Source: Octopus vulgaris (lineage: Eukaryota). Taken from it: a stretch of DNA of 64,000 nucleotides. This document shows, in pieces, positions 26,455 through 39,391 of this stretch. The DNA lies in assembly GCA_951406725.2 (NCBI GenBank), contig OX597821.1:53506001-53570000 (forward strand). The letters run 5' to 3'. Under the pieces are notes generated by a model, which saw only the letters and a list, made by a program, of their open reading frames with translations, made no database searches and was not told where the DNA came from. The position numbers and the translations under genes are program-made. Numbering within the stretch: position 1 is the stretch's first letter; each line of letters begins with the position of its first letter.

Positions 26455-26672
26455 ATAGAGCGATGAACTGATAGGATCATTACCGCAACGAGCAAATGCT
26501 TATCACCATTTCGCTCGTCTTTATGTTCTGAGTTCAGATTCCGCCGAGGTTGACTTTACCTTTCATCTTTTCAAGCTCGATAAAAGCAGTATCTCTTAAA
26601 CGCTGAGTTCAATGTAATCGACTTACCCAATCTCCCGTAAATGCTAGATTTGTGCCAAAATTGGAAACCAAT
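26455..26672 (+). mobile_element. SINE family B
   Basis: ttctgagttcagattccgccgaggttgactttacctttcatc...gtgccaaaattggaaacc. Confidence 0.75.
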
Positions 26673-29055
26673 ATTAAAATACAAAAGTTATATTTACCGC
26701 AAAAATACATCATCCCGAAACCACGTTGACATATAGTTGTATTTTGTTTCTTTAAAATTTAGTTACATTTTCAAATACGGGTGTCATTAAAACATTTATA
26801 TAGATCATCAAAATATTTGTTACAGGTGGGTATTCCTTGTTAGAATTGGTTTTATGAATGTTTAACTCCATTTCAGGCATCATCAGGGAGACATCGAATG
26901 TGCTTCAGCCATTTATCATTCCAATAACCTTCCGTTTGTTTTTCGTTTCCTCCTAGCTAATATATCTTGAATTACATAATTACATATGTATTTCCTTATG
27001 AAAGACGATAATCAAGCATATGTGGAAGCTTGAATGATATGTTTAGCAGGTCGGAAGATTGCATAGAGATTCTGTCTTTAGAAGTAAATAGCCCTTTATT
27101 AAAGTTATTTTATATAAGTTCTTTCCACATTTTTGTTAATGTAGCACTTTGCATTATTTTGCTTAAGTTTCAAATATCAATCAGAGTCTATAGAGAGGCC
27201 ATTTCAAACGCCGAGCCAATTGATATATTTCTGCTCATCGGCATTATGGTCTTCACCTTCTCTCAAACGTCTGTAACTTTAATATTTTCTTCTCTGGAAA
27301 GATAAATTGCTTAAGTCACTAACTTATCTCATCGTAGTCATGTAACTCAATACATTTTAACGAAAAAAAGCTTTGAGCGTAAAATTTCTATTGCAACAGA
27401 CATGTACGGAAAAAAGCAATTTCGAAGTTTTAGCGAATGGTGTCTGAAGGTTATCACTTAGACTACTGATCGATCAATCTATGGAAGTACGCACTTGCAT
27501 TTCAGATGTCTCGATTTGAGTCAACAGGTGTGCATAATTAATATGCTACTTCTCAGGTGTAAATATGGCTCCAAATATTGTGTTGAAAGTGACTGCACTG
27601 AATATGTTATATTATTTAGTTGTATACATGAAATGTCAGGTTTCAGAAGTCTTTTCTTTATACTATATTTGTCATGGAAATTTATTGTTTTTCACTCCAG
27701 GTTATACTACGCGACATAATATATATTTTCTGCAATCCCATATTGTATTGTCAAAAAAAAAAGTTAGAAAAACGAAAAAATACAGCTCTAAAAATCCATC
27801 AATAATTTTCAGTTGGTCTACAGCATTTTGCATACAAAGAAGAAACTGCCTAACAAAGCAATCTCAACACACTTTAAATATAAATATACGAGTCGTTTCC
27901 TTGTAGCATCATGTAACATTAAATATGTTAGATTCGGATTTGAGTAGTCTCTTCCTTAACCGCTGACTAAAATCGATCGGAAACCTCCGACCACCAATCT
28001 TTCAGACGGTTTCGCTCACCCGGCTTTAATATCTACCTAAGGGATATGATCAACTTGTACATAAAGGAAATTATGCAGCATCTTAATAACCTACTTCGCC
28101 AAAAACATTCACAGCTAGCACCGCAATTTGTATTATCCCCGCTCTAAAAAAAGTATCTTATTAACCTTCGTTTGGATATACCATACACACTATCACTGCA
28201 ACATTTTTCCTTGCATAAATTATGTTAATCTCCGCGTCATTGGAACACTCCCACTAACCCAAGGCTCGTACTTCACAGTCCTGGACATAAATTTACTTTG
28301 ACCCAATGCTTCGACAATAAATTGAAACTTATTATCGAAGCAAAGTTTTGCCGAACCGGCAAATAGATATCTGATCTCTACACATCTGCCACCATCTTTA
28401 CCCGTGATACTAATACAACTACACTACCAAATTTACTACTAATCACACTTACACATTTTCTACACATGAAATCATTCTCATACTTACTAGATTTACTTTC
28501 TTTCACCTTTAGTATTCTGTAGAAAAACATTCTTAAAAACTAATACCAATTGCGTGCCTAACGTAACAACTACAAACAACTGACTATGGAAAATTTTTGT
28601 TTCTTGTGATTTTGTCCCAATTTCATTTGAATTTGTTGGCTATATTCATGGGACATTTGTTTAGCTTTTGCATTATTTCTGCGACTCCCTTCGAGCGTGA
28701 GAAAATGAATATATTTTCATTGTTACACCTTGAAATTAACTCTGATAGTGTCTTTAAATTGGCAATATATGTGAATGAAGTAACTCTTATTGATACAGAG
28801 AGAACAGTAATCTAAACAGAAGGCGTATTTGAAGATGAAGCTCTGCTCTATTAAGACACCTTAAAATTATGCATAATTTATCGTCACACAGTATAATTAC
28901 ATTCTCAAAGACAAGAATACTCTGGGTCAAGAGAAAACAAACAATATTCCGAATGTCCAGATCTTGGTGGGAAACAGAACCTTGGACTGGAGATTTAACG
29001 TAAGATGTAACAGTAAATATATGTCTGAGTATGTCTATATACATGTTCGTGTGTT

Positions 29056-29094
<39 letters not shown>

Positions 29095-30071
29095 TACATA
29101 TATGTAGATACGTCCGAGGGTGTGTATATGTATTAGCGTGAGTAAGAGTATGCGCATAATTACAACAGAATCTACAATTAAAATATATATTTCAAAGAAG
29201 TAATATATAGAATATATAGAAAATATGTTGTTTATTCTTATGATTTGCATAACATTTCAGCCCACGGCAACGTTTTACAGAGGATGTATTGAGTAAAGAA
29301 ATGTACATCTCTCAATGCATAGTAATAATGATCATGCCGTGAGGCTGAAAGTGTTTGCAACTCATAAGAATAAACAATATTAATTAATTGTGCTTTTAAG
29401 AATATATACCCTTGCCTGACAACTTGTTATTTCATGTATATAAATTGCGACCCTCTCTCTCTGTAGGCAGGGGTGCGCATGTGATTGTATATATAAAGAT
29501 TTGTTTATATGTTCTATGTAATCTAAAACTATATAGATATTCAATTCTCCTCTTGGCTTGCGCAGACTTTTTTTGAATTAACATTTGGCAGTGTATGTAC
29601 ACTAACAGCGAGTACATGCGTGTATTGTGTGCATACTTGAAAGACCAGAGGTTATATTGAAATATCTTCTTTTAATTAGCTATTTGTTAAATAGTGTGTG
29701 TGTGTTAGTGTGCTAGCGTGTATAGAAGTGCCTGCATGTGTGTATATGTGCTTAAGTTTGCTATTGTAAAAATATAAATATTTCAAAAAACATATGTTTG
29801 GTCTGCTAGAAAGTAGCCGTGTTGTATTCGTGAAAATACCGCATAAATTTTATTCCACTAGATCACCATCCCCAACTCAAAACAAATCGCAAGTAAAGAC
29901 TTTTTCTTTCGAGACTTCGAAGCGTATTGGACAGATAACAATTTCTTTTTTCTTTGCACATTTTTATATTATGCTTAATTCTACAAGATCCCGTTGCTTC
30001 AGGTCTTGGCTAATAAAGTCCACACAAGTTGGTGTTCCACTGTATCATTTGCTTTTCCACATCACAATGTA

Positions 30072-31305
30072 GGGGAGACCGGGTCTAGTTATTACACTTT
30101 TTCCCTTTTTTTCTTGGCATCCACATAAAAAAACACAGCTGAAGTTTCTTTTCATATTTAATTAATGAAACATCTCTATTTATTGTTATCACCAGCAAAA
30201 AAGCAGAAATTATATAGCATTAATTAGACAGGTTCTAATTAATGAAGTGGTGTCAGCTGTAACAATTTTCCCCGAGTGCGGGGTACGTTGTGACACTTAC
30301 TGGGGTACTTTCTTACAAGTGTCGATAACTCAGATTCCTGTTAACAAACAAATTTAAAATGAATACGTCTCCTGCTTCTTACATCTAGGAAGTATTGTTT
30401 TAATTAATTAACTGTACTTTGAACCACTTCAAATCCTAACTGTGATACTGAGAGCCCTCATCAGCCAATTTCCCTTTGTTACATGTGCCATGTAGTCAGA
30501 ATCGTCCTCCATTAACTTCTCACCACACGGATCACACAGAAAGTTCTGTCGTTCATCGGTACAGTCAGTATGTGCCCAGTCTTTACAGATCATGCATTGC
30601 CCCCATTCTTCACATGGAAAGGAGTTGGAAAACAAATATGAGCAGACAAAGTATTTCCAATAAATGACTTTCTTGCTGCGAGGCTGCTTCCCTTTCTCTT
30701 TACCTGTTTTAGTAGACTTTCTCTTTCCCATTCTTACCTTTTCAGTACCAGTTGCCTTCTTTGGTTTGGATTTCAGTTCGTGTATTTCATCCACCATGCG
30801 CTGTTTTACGGCAACATCCCGTAATAAATTTTTTCTTTCACAACTTTTGGTATCTATGGTATCCCCCCTTATAGTTTTTCTTTTGTAATTTCTAATCATG
30901 GCGTGTTAAACTGATATAGAAAGAGTAAGTTGTTACATACCTAGGGTAAGTTGATACACTGTAATATTTAGCCCTGACCATGGAATTCTGGGGATTATCC
31001 AGGACACACCTTCATGTATCGAAGGCAACTTCCAACACTTCCAAATGTACCACAAACTACTTCAGTAACACCATTTGCGCTTTAGTAGTTAAGGAAATAA
31101 CTTTGTGGTAAAATTTCACTTTTGGAGTAAAAAATCGTTTTTTGAGCCAGAACATTCCTGGTGACAGCCCGTCACTGCAATACACATGTGCAATCATGAT
31201 GCTATGGAGTTGGCCTTCACGAGGTAGAGATCCGAGTGCCACCTATTTCTTGAGGTTGGAAACAATGGGCTTGTAACAAATTACCCGTGTAACAACTAGA
31301 CCCGG
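30072..31305 (-). mobile_element. Internally deleted pogo/Fot1-like (Tc1-mariner superfamily) DNA transposon
   Basis: Left TA|GGGGAGACCGGGTCTAGTTATTACAC; right GTGTAACAACTAGACCCGG (terminal 7 nt missing); subterminal GGGTAAGTTGTTACA-like repeats; ORF begins MIRNYKRKTIRG, typical of the psq-HTH start of these transposases. Confidence 0.75.
30429..30899 (-). CDS. Transposon-derived 156-aa ORF: transposase N-terminus fused in frame to a Lys-rich region and C-terminal PHD finger
   Basis: (Y)FVC...WGQCMICKDWAHTDC...FLCDPC is a C4HC3 PHD pattern with the first Cys replaced by Tyr; no DDE domain; expression unknown. Confidence 0.5.
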   Translation of the reverse strand: MIRNYKRKTIRGDTIDTKSCERKNLLRDVAVKQRMVDEIHELKSKPKKATGTEKVRMGKRKSTKTGKEKGKQPRSKKVIYWKYFVCSYLFSNSFPCEEWGQCMICKDWAHTDCTDERQNFLCDPCGEKLMEDDSDYMAHVTKGNWLMRALSITVRI

Positions 31306-31309
31306 AAGC

Positions 31310-32520
31310 AACTTTCGATCCTCTCGATCTCATTTTCACGCAGTTGAGTTTCTTCCTCTCAATCCATGGTGTTTCTTAACCAGAAGGGTGATCTTTAGAG
31401 GACTGTGGTGGAATATTTGCATGTCAGTTGGTGGAGGGTTCTTCTTTGGCTTCCGGTCATGACTGTAGAGGCTTCGGCTGCTTGACTTCAGTTGTTGGGC
31501 TGAGGGTTGAAGACCACGGAAGAAGTGGTGATTATAAATAACAGGTTTTGTCATCTGGACACCACTAGCCAGTTTCCATATATCTGCTGGAGAAATACCT
31601 AAGAACGTGGAAACACGTGGCCTAGTGGTTAGGGTGTTAGATTCCTGATGGTAAGATTGTGGTTTCAATTTCTGTACCGGGCAATATGTTGTGTTCTTGA
31701 GCAAAACACTCCATTTCACGTTGCTCCAGTCACTCAGCTATCAAAAACGAGTAATCCTACGACGGATTGGCGTTCCATTCATCTAGGGAATATGTACGCC
31801 ATGAAACCGAGAAACCAGCCTTTATGTCTCGGTATGACTCGAGGTAACTTTATTTTTAATACCCAGCAATTATAATTTGTTTAAGACTGACGGTTTCATT
31901 GAATTGTGGTCAGGCACCAAATGTTATTCAATACCTCGTAAATGTTTTAGGCATGAGTTGATCCCAGACTGGACATGCATATTTCGCAGACGAAAAATAC
32001 AAGATCAAACTATAGGGCTAAATAAGTGCGACGTGGATCCTCATCTATTATTGATAAGTTGAAATAGGATAGGGTTCCGAGACCCGAATTTCAATCTGGT
32101 GCTATCGATATGCTCCTATAAAAAGGAAACTGCAATGCAATGTCACTGCAAATTAGCCAGGGTGGGTATAGTGCTTTAGAGCATTTAATATAAAGACGTC
32201 TGTTGGTTTCCTATTCCTGAAAGGGAACGAATATACTTGAGTATTTGAAAGGTTGACATGTAAGTACCGGTTATAGAGAAGGAATTCGCTTAAGACTGTG
32301 ATATGATTAGCATCTTCTTCAAATGTAGTTTCATGTGAGGAATCACGGAGGTCGGTATCATAGCCGAACGATTTACATTTGTGGCCCATTGACAATACTG
32401 CATCATACTCTTTGTGGAAGTAAAGATGCTCAGTTAACCAACATCACCCATAAAATATGGAAGAATAATAGCCTAAAACTACTAGAGACCGAATACAGTA
32501 TGCTGGATCAATAGACATTA
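31310..32520 (-). pseudogene. Highly decayed Gypsy-like pol (RNase H to integrase) remnant, interrupted by the SINE at 31607
   Basis: Ordered degenerate minus-strand motifs: KSFGYDTDL (cf. FGxADxLS), LKHYTHPG (LHxxHPG), (*)MRIHVA (WxRIHxDF), (*)PQF (DNGPQF), LGISPA. Confidence 0.4.
31607..31855 (+). mobile_element. SINE family C
   Basis: gtggcctagtggttagggtg A-box, ggtttcaattt B-box, tgtgttcttgagcaaaacact; homologous to 3721. Confidence 0.85.
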
Positions 32521-32857
32521 TACAATAACCATTTACACTACTAAAGGGATTGTGTTCTTTCTTGAGTTATTGTGTTGTGGTCACCTCGAAACTTGAAAGT
32601 TCTATAAAAAGGGTATACATATGCATACACACACACATACACAGACACACACACACACACACACACACAAATACGATGAATACATTTGTTTATACATGCA
32701 CATGCATGCATATATAACCATAGGGATACATTTGGAATCTTCTCTGGAATCTTATCTTTGGTATCAAGACCACCTGTCACAGGATGGACGTGGGTGCAAA
32801 AATCTTTCAGCTTAAAAAAAAAGGCTAGTGTCCATGACTCAAGCCACAATGTGTAGG

Positions 32858-32889
<32 letters not shown>

Positions 32890-32954
32890 AACACATACAT
32901 ATATGTGTGAAGGTGTGTGTGCGTGCTTGTGTGTGTGCGTGCTTGTGTGTGTGT

Positions 32955-33115
32955 ATTAAAAGTAATTAAGTTTAAGTCCGGTCATAGAGTTATGAATGGC
33001 TTCGCATCTACAAAGGCTTTAGCCTCGTTGACGTTCATGAATCTGAAGCCTTTGTAGATGCGAAACCATTGGTCACTCTATGCCCGGATATAATACAAAT
33101 TTAATTATTTTAAAT
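32955..33115. mobile_element. Fold-back element with inverted hammerhead halves between microsatellites
   Basis: Core arms 32977-33022 and 33043-33088, 20-nt loop, AT-rich arm extensions; right arm reads TGA-A-GC...GC-GAAA-CCATTGG-TC (GUC site). Confidence 0.65.
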
Positions 33116-33171
33116 ATATTACTGCAGTATGTTTTACGGTGTGTTTCGTTTTCGGAGACATGATACATTGA

Positions 33172-33218
<47 letters not shown>

Positions 33219-34180
33219 AGCGTGCGCATGTGTGCATGGATACTCATTTATTATAGGAATACACCAATACACAACGAGTTATTAATAACACCAATACGAA
33301 AATATATCCATGTTATAACATCGGTGAATTAGAAACTGTATTTTCCTGTCAAAAATAGTACTGATTTCACTTCAAATGTTTCCGAAATCACTTAATGGAA
33401 ATATATTTAAATAGAAATTTGTGCGCTAGCTGATGTTCAGGCATTCAAATGTACTAAAAGCGAACACTTTTAATAGTTGCATGTAGAAGATATTTACCAA
33501 AGATATTTCAGAGTTCCGTTACTAAGCAATTTGAAAACCGATCTGTCTGAAGAATTAACCCTGATCTACCAAATAACCGATTTCTTTGTGTTCTATATAT
33601 TTCTGCCATTTAATCCACAAACATACAACTACAACTGAGAGTGTTAAACCTGATGAAAGTCAAATCCATTAAAGTAGGATCAATAATTCCAGACTCAAAC
33701 AAACTTTTCCGCATTTTCCTTATTCTAGTTTAGCTAGAGATCGATGTGATGGAGAGAAATGATATGAGAATAGGTTAAGCTATCATTTGAATTATATCTA
33801 ATATTTGCAAACATTTGGTCTTACCAACTCAGTTTCAGATTGCCTACTAAGCTGAATAAATGCTTTTCTCCTTCACCTATTTATAATCACTTAGACAGCA
33901 TGGCAGGGAAACATAATAGCAAGAGAGATTTCTGAAATATATGTTCAAACAACTCTCTCAATTCCCTCGGACACCCAACCTCATCAAACATATGTTATAT
34001 CAAGATAACTTAAAGAAACATATAGTTGTTTATAATATATTGCTTAACGATGTCAATTCTAAATTCCTTACTTTCATGATACAAGTCTTGAAAAATTTAC
34101 GAAACAGAAAAAACCCCCAGTGAATTTAAGGTTTATTATGATGATTTAGTTGAAAATTAAGAATGAAACATTAATTTATA

Positions 34181-34730
34181 TTGGGTTGTTCGGAAAGTTC
34201 GTGCCAATTTTTAAAGGAAAGAAAAAGATGAATAAATACTTGCCATTACATTTTTAATCGACCAAATAGGAATCATTTTGTTGCATAATGCGTCTCCATC
34301 TTTCCTTTAACTTGAAAATACGCTCTTCCCAGAATTGAGGTAGTTTCAAGGCAAACAATTCATCAAAGTATCTTTTACGTCATCCAAAGAATTGACATTT
34401 TTATCATTAAGACTATTCTAAAGAGACCTGAATAAGTGGAAATCCGAAGGAGCAATATCTGGTGAATATGGAGTGTGGGGTAACTGCAGTAATTTTTGTC
34501 TGGTTCCCAAAGCATCAAGTGCCGAAATTGAACTTTCTTATCTTCCATTTTAAAGGGTTACAGAATTAACACAGGTTATAGGAACATAAACATTCTTCCA
34601 TGAAAATGTAGCTTAAACTGTGCTCTAAATGGAGGTGTTGTTAAATCCTATTTTATGGACTCAACCATGTTCTAAAATAAGTCGAAATTTAAGCTACTAT
34701 AAATCGGCACGAACTTTCCGGACAACCCAA
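34181..34730 (-). mobile_element. Internally deleted mariner transposon (550 bp)
   Basis: TA TSDs; ~30-bp TIRs ttgggttgttcggaaagttcgtgccaattt / aaatcggcacgaactttccggacaacccaa; minus strand MEDKKVQFRHLMLWE joined to PHTPYSPDIAPSDFHLFRSL (YSPDxAP motif) and FWEERIFKLKERWRRIMQQNDSYLVD*. Confidence 0.93.
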
Positions 34731-37484
34731 TATATTCTCAAATTTAGCAAGTATATAAAGTTATGGGCAGTTAGCTAATTACTATTTGATATTGCCGAAA
34801 TAATGTTACACCTATTTGATAACTATTACCACATCTGTCACATTACACAAGTACGTTATACGTAAAATGGTTAGACTTAAGTTATATTATTGTGTAGCAT
34901 GAATTATGTGATTTGTTGGTGGTGTAGGAGATGTGTAATATAATCGAGTATTGATTATATTAGTTATTTTATGTTGTGATTGTTGCATATTAAATTGTAT
35001 TATGTGTGATATGTGCAGCAAGGTTTGCGAGTTGTGTTGTTGATATGAGAGGGCATTGTATAAAATGCGAATTATACATATTGAGACTAGTTTGAGTGAT
35101 ATGCATAGAGTTGTGGATCCTGATAGGGTTCCTATATATTTGTTCATGCTTTTCTTTATCATATATAGTGGAACACTTATTATTCGTACAGGTTTATTTT
35201 TACATACATTTTTTTTTCAATTTTTAGATCTTTCTCGGCATTATCCCGTCCCGTATCACTGTTCAACATTCGTATCATAGGCCGTGTTCGATAGATACTT
35301 AAAACAAATTATCCTCAGTTTTCATATCGGAATGCCATCAGTTTATTGCTCAAATGGCAATAGTTACCGATTCACTTTAGTTAATATCTGAGGATATATT
35401 CTAATATCCAATAAATGAAGAACTGCATTTGGACATAATATAGATACTTTATAGCAAGGGATAAAATGACTTGGATATTCACGTACGTAAAACTTAAGAA
35501 CTTACACTCTTTACGACCTACGCTCAGTTCCTTTTGCTCATGTATTCCTTTTATACCAAATATATTTACTAATCTCCAAATGTTATTAGAGTTATGCTTG
35601 CTTTCAATCTACATATGATTCTTATTTCAATTTCAAGACTTTTGTACGTTGAAAAGGTATTTCGCTAAAGCATGAGAAAGCTTTCACTGAATCTTTATAT
35701 AGTAAGAATAGAAAAAAGTTAGGTTCATATTGGCTAAAAAAATCCTTATTATATTATATGCAATTTGTGAATGTCCTTTGCTAAATGGTTACTTAAGACT
35801 CCGGCTATTACAATTGCATATGGCATGTTAGAAGCATTTTGTTTTGCTTAAATCTATATATTTTTAAATATTTGACATTTAGCAGTAAACAAAAGATGGT
35901 ACTGTGTAATATATAATATTCAATTTTTTTTCTTCTCGGTACCATATCAAACATTTCTCAGAGAAGCGGTAAATGGAACGATTTCTAATTATGTTTGTTG
36001 TTTAGAAACAAATCAATTTTCAAAGAGCGGTTTCAGGGTTGAAGGTGTTAGAGATATATTTTCTAATGAGTACCTTTCTAAAGAGTTGACAGAGATTTGG
36101 GTTTTTTTCTCACTAGCAAAACCAACACATAAATGCTTTTTATTTATGTGTATTTTTTTAGTTCCGTGAAGACAAAGACTACGCCTTGAGTAGTAGGTAT
36201 TCTATCAGAATCTATACCTAGCAGTTATAGCTGACAGATTATTTTCTTCTGGTATTGTTACCACTGTTATTAGAACTTTCATTTTCACTTCGCTTGTGCG
36301 CGTTTCTGTATCTGTGTGGGTGTGTGTTGTAACCTATGAAAATGATTGTAAATAGGCGTGCCATTAAGTATGTTTCTGATAACTGAAAGTTGCAAAGATG
36401 TACAACATAGTGCCTTCCCAATGTATATTCTTTCCTCGGGTGCTTACTTAAATCTGCAGATATAAATGAAATGATAAATCAAATTGATTACTGAATAAAA
36501 CTTATAGAATTTCTTCCCACTCTTCTCCTCGTTATTCGTCACACTGGGGTTAAGTCAATCGACCAAACCCATGCTGCTTACAAAAGGTTCTTTAGATAAG
36601 CACTTCCTACGAAAGAAAGTAATAAGATTCCGGAAAAAATACCAACATCAAGACTGCTCATGCATATCTAACGATTAATTGATTGTTTTGTCTAAGATAA
36701 GACCACCAGACATGACCAATGTGAAATATCCTTTAGAAAATCATTTAATAAGCAGAGGTAAACAATGAGACGAAACGTGAGCTGAAATAATAGCTGTTTT
36801 CTTTCTTTATTGTTATGAGAAACACATTTCATGAGAAGTTTATAGCATAAAGCTGAGTAACCTTTGTAGAACACAAAGGGTACGTCAGAGTAATTGAAAA
36901 GGGAACCATAACTATGAAAGAAAACGAATTTTGAATAATTCAAGATGTTCATGGAGAAATGTAGCGCTGCATTCACATTGGGAATTGTATCTTTAATATA
37001 TTATTTGTTTCAATTTTTCTTTAAAGAATTTATATTCAAAGCTGAGAATAGGCTGACTTGGAGTGTGGCAAAGTTACGGTCAGTTTCATTATATGATATT
37101 TAGATAATACAGTTTATTAGTTTCATATGCGAATATTATAGATACATGAAAATTATCAAAACAGTATTACAAAGATTCGCAATGTATTTCATTGAAGTTT
37201 CACTAGTAATTGCAAAATGTATTGGACTAGGTTGTGTCTAAAATCCAGTCATGCTAACAAGAGAAGCATTCGGAAATTGAAGAACTATTTGTGAACAAAC
37301 ACTGAAAAATGATCAAAGCAATGATTTTATGAAGAAAATAACACGAATCACCAGCAAAATGTAGTACTATATAATTGAATGCATCGATTTGCAATTCTTA
37401 ATATCCGCATTGATCGGGTTGTGACTCTTTCTGTATCGCTAAATTGTTTCTTTTATGTGTCAGTATAAAATGACATCTAACAGC

Positions 37485-37523
<39 letters not shown>

Positions 37524-37622
37524 TATGTAAGTATGTATATATATACATATTTATATGTACGTACCTCCATACACACATATATGTATGTACATATACATAT
37601 ATATATATACATACATACACAC

Positions 37623-37785
37623 ACAACCGATGCTGGTGTGTTTACGTACCGTAACATAACTGCCCGGCGAAAGTTACATAGAGAAAGACACAATAAGTAC
37701 TTGACTTAAACAATTGTTCGACTACAAAACCCTTCAGTGACGTGCTCCAGCATGATCGTATTCAAATGACTGTAAGAAGTAAAGG
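37623..37785 (+). mobile_element. 3' part of SINE family D
   Basis: caaccgatgctggtgtgtttacgt...gtgctccagcatg...aaatgactg matches the 9356 tail. Confidence 0.75.
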
Positions 37786-37790
37786 AATTA

Positions 37791-37843
<53 letters not shown>

Positions 37844-37844
37844 C

Positions 37845-38615
37845 GTAAAAAAAATTTTCAGAATGAGATAAAAAAAATAAGGCTGTGAAGATTTTAGAAC
37901 ATTTATAAATACGTCTTACAGCTGTTTCCAACATATTTATTATATCCCTTCATCGGAAACGGTGAGAGAAGATGGTAAAGCAATAGTTAATTTAGATAAG
38001 ATACGAAATAGAGAGTGAAGTGGAGGAAAGAAAGTAGATGTGAGATATGCGGGGATATTGCATTTATAGATCCATTATTGAGGCAGAATCGTATACATAT
38101 AAGATTGCAATATCTTGTGAGTAAATCCAATAGTATTTAGAATTGTCCTTCCAAGTATAGAGTTTGTACATAGTGCTATTGAATCAAGGGTTTTATTGAA
38201 AGTGACCTAAAAGTAGTGAATGTATTTGTAAGGTCAAATCGAAAACAGGAAGAGAGGAATAAAGAAAAGAGAAAAAAGAAAAGAAGAAAAAATAGGAAGA
38301 AAAGAGAAAAAAGAAAAGAAGAAAAAATAGGAAGAAAAGAGAAAAAAGAAAAGCAAGGAGAGAGATAATAAGGGAAAGTGTACCAGTTAGTGGTCAGTCA
38401 AGATAATTTGAAAGTAGGAATGGGGAGATGAGGGTAATACGGAGAGAAAGGTATTAGAGTGTAAAAAGATAGAAGGAATGCAGGGTGAGAAAGAGAGGGA
38501 GGCATAAAAAGTACAGGGGTGACAGTTACGTAGTGATAGAGTCTAAGTGATGGGGCAGAGAGAGTGGTATTAGTATGGAGTGAAGAATTTAGGAATATAG
38601 ATTAGGTAGTTGGAC
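37845..38615 (-). mobile_element. Penelope-like non-coding element with hammerhead, 3' end at (TA)n
   Basis: Purine-rich plus strand (pyrimidine-rich sense), hammerhead at 37912-37961, ends in (TA)n/(CA)n at 37791-37843; internal 35-bp tandem repeat at ~38262-38352. Confidence 0.55.
37912..37961 (-). ncRNA. Type-I hammerhead motif with CCGAUGA core
   Basis: CGTTT-CCGATGA-AGGGATATAATAAATATGTTG-GAAA-CAGCTG-TA-AGACG: 5-bp stem I, palindromic stem III ACAGCTGT, GUA site; stem II partly decayed. Confidence 0.65.
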
Positions 38616-38634
38616 AGGTCAGTACTTAGTATAG

Positions 38635-38834
38635 GGCGGCGAGCTGGCAGAAACGTTAGCACGCCGGGCGAAATGTGTAGCCGTATTTCGTCTGCCGTTA
38701 CGTTCTGAGTTCAAATTCCGCAGAGGTCGACTTTGCCTTTCATCCTACGCACTGGGGTCCATATAATCTACTTAATCCGTGTCTGTCCTTGTTTGTCCCC
38801 TTTGTATTTAGCCCCTTGTGGGTAGTAAAGAAAT
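38635..38834 (+). mobile_element. SINE family A with internal deletion
   Basis: 16-bp TSD aggtcagtacttagta (38616-31/38835-50); lacks ttcggggtcgataaattaagtaccagt. Confidence 0.92.
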
Positions 38835-38928
38835 AGGTCAGTACTTAGTAATAGAAGGAAATATATATGTGAAGATATACACATATGTATATATTAGAGA
38901 TGCATATATATATATATATATATACATT

Positions 38929-38979
38929 TGGTGGCGGTAGTGGTGGTGGTGGTGGTAGTAGTAGTAGTGGTGGTGGTGT

Positions 38980-39043
<64 letters not shown>

Positions 39044-39087
39044 CAGCAGCAGCAGTAGCAGCAGTAGTAGTAGTCGTAGTAGTAGTA
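38929..39087. repeat. (GGT)n(AGT)n(AGC)n compound trinucleotide microsatellite
   Basis: Direct reading. Confidence 0.9.
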
Positions 39088-39314
39088 AGGTGACCTAAGA
39101 TGTTTGAAAATCAAAAAAAAAGGAAGCTCGACTCATTTGTCTAGTTTTATATTTCGAAGTTTACAACTTACAAGATGTTTCTTCCTCAGAACGGCATATG
39201 TATAAATATTAGTCACATCCACTAATATCATGAACCCAGAAAGAAACACCCGTCTCTGCAGATAAATGGTGCATGTTTTAATCAAAATTATGTCTGTGTA
39301 CGTATATATATATT

Positions 39315-39391
<77 letters not shown>

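Noticed and set aside
26866-26890. Minus-strand CTCC-CTGATGA-TGCCT-GAAA-T-GGAG
   Set aside because: Core words and stem I are present, but stems II and III and the cleavage triplet are absent; at best a collapsed relic.
31336-31719. 127-aa minus ORF as a host exon
   Set aside because: The first third is antisense SINE sequence; the rest is better explained as decayed retroelement, with no splice evidence.
34887-35162. NKYIGT in a minus ORF as a second GIY-YIG
   Set aside because: No upstream (G/L/V)IY motif and no downstream Arg/His pattern.
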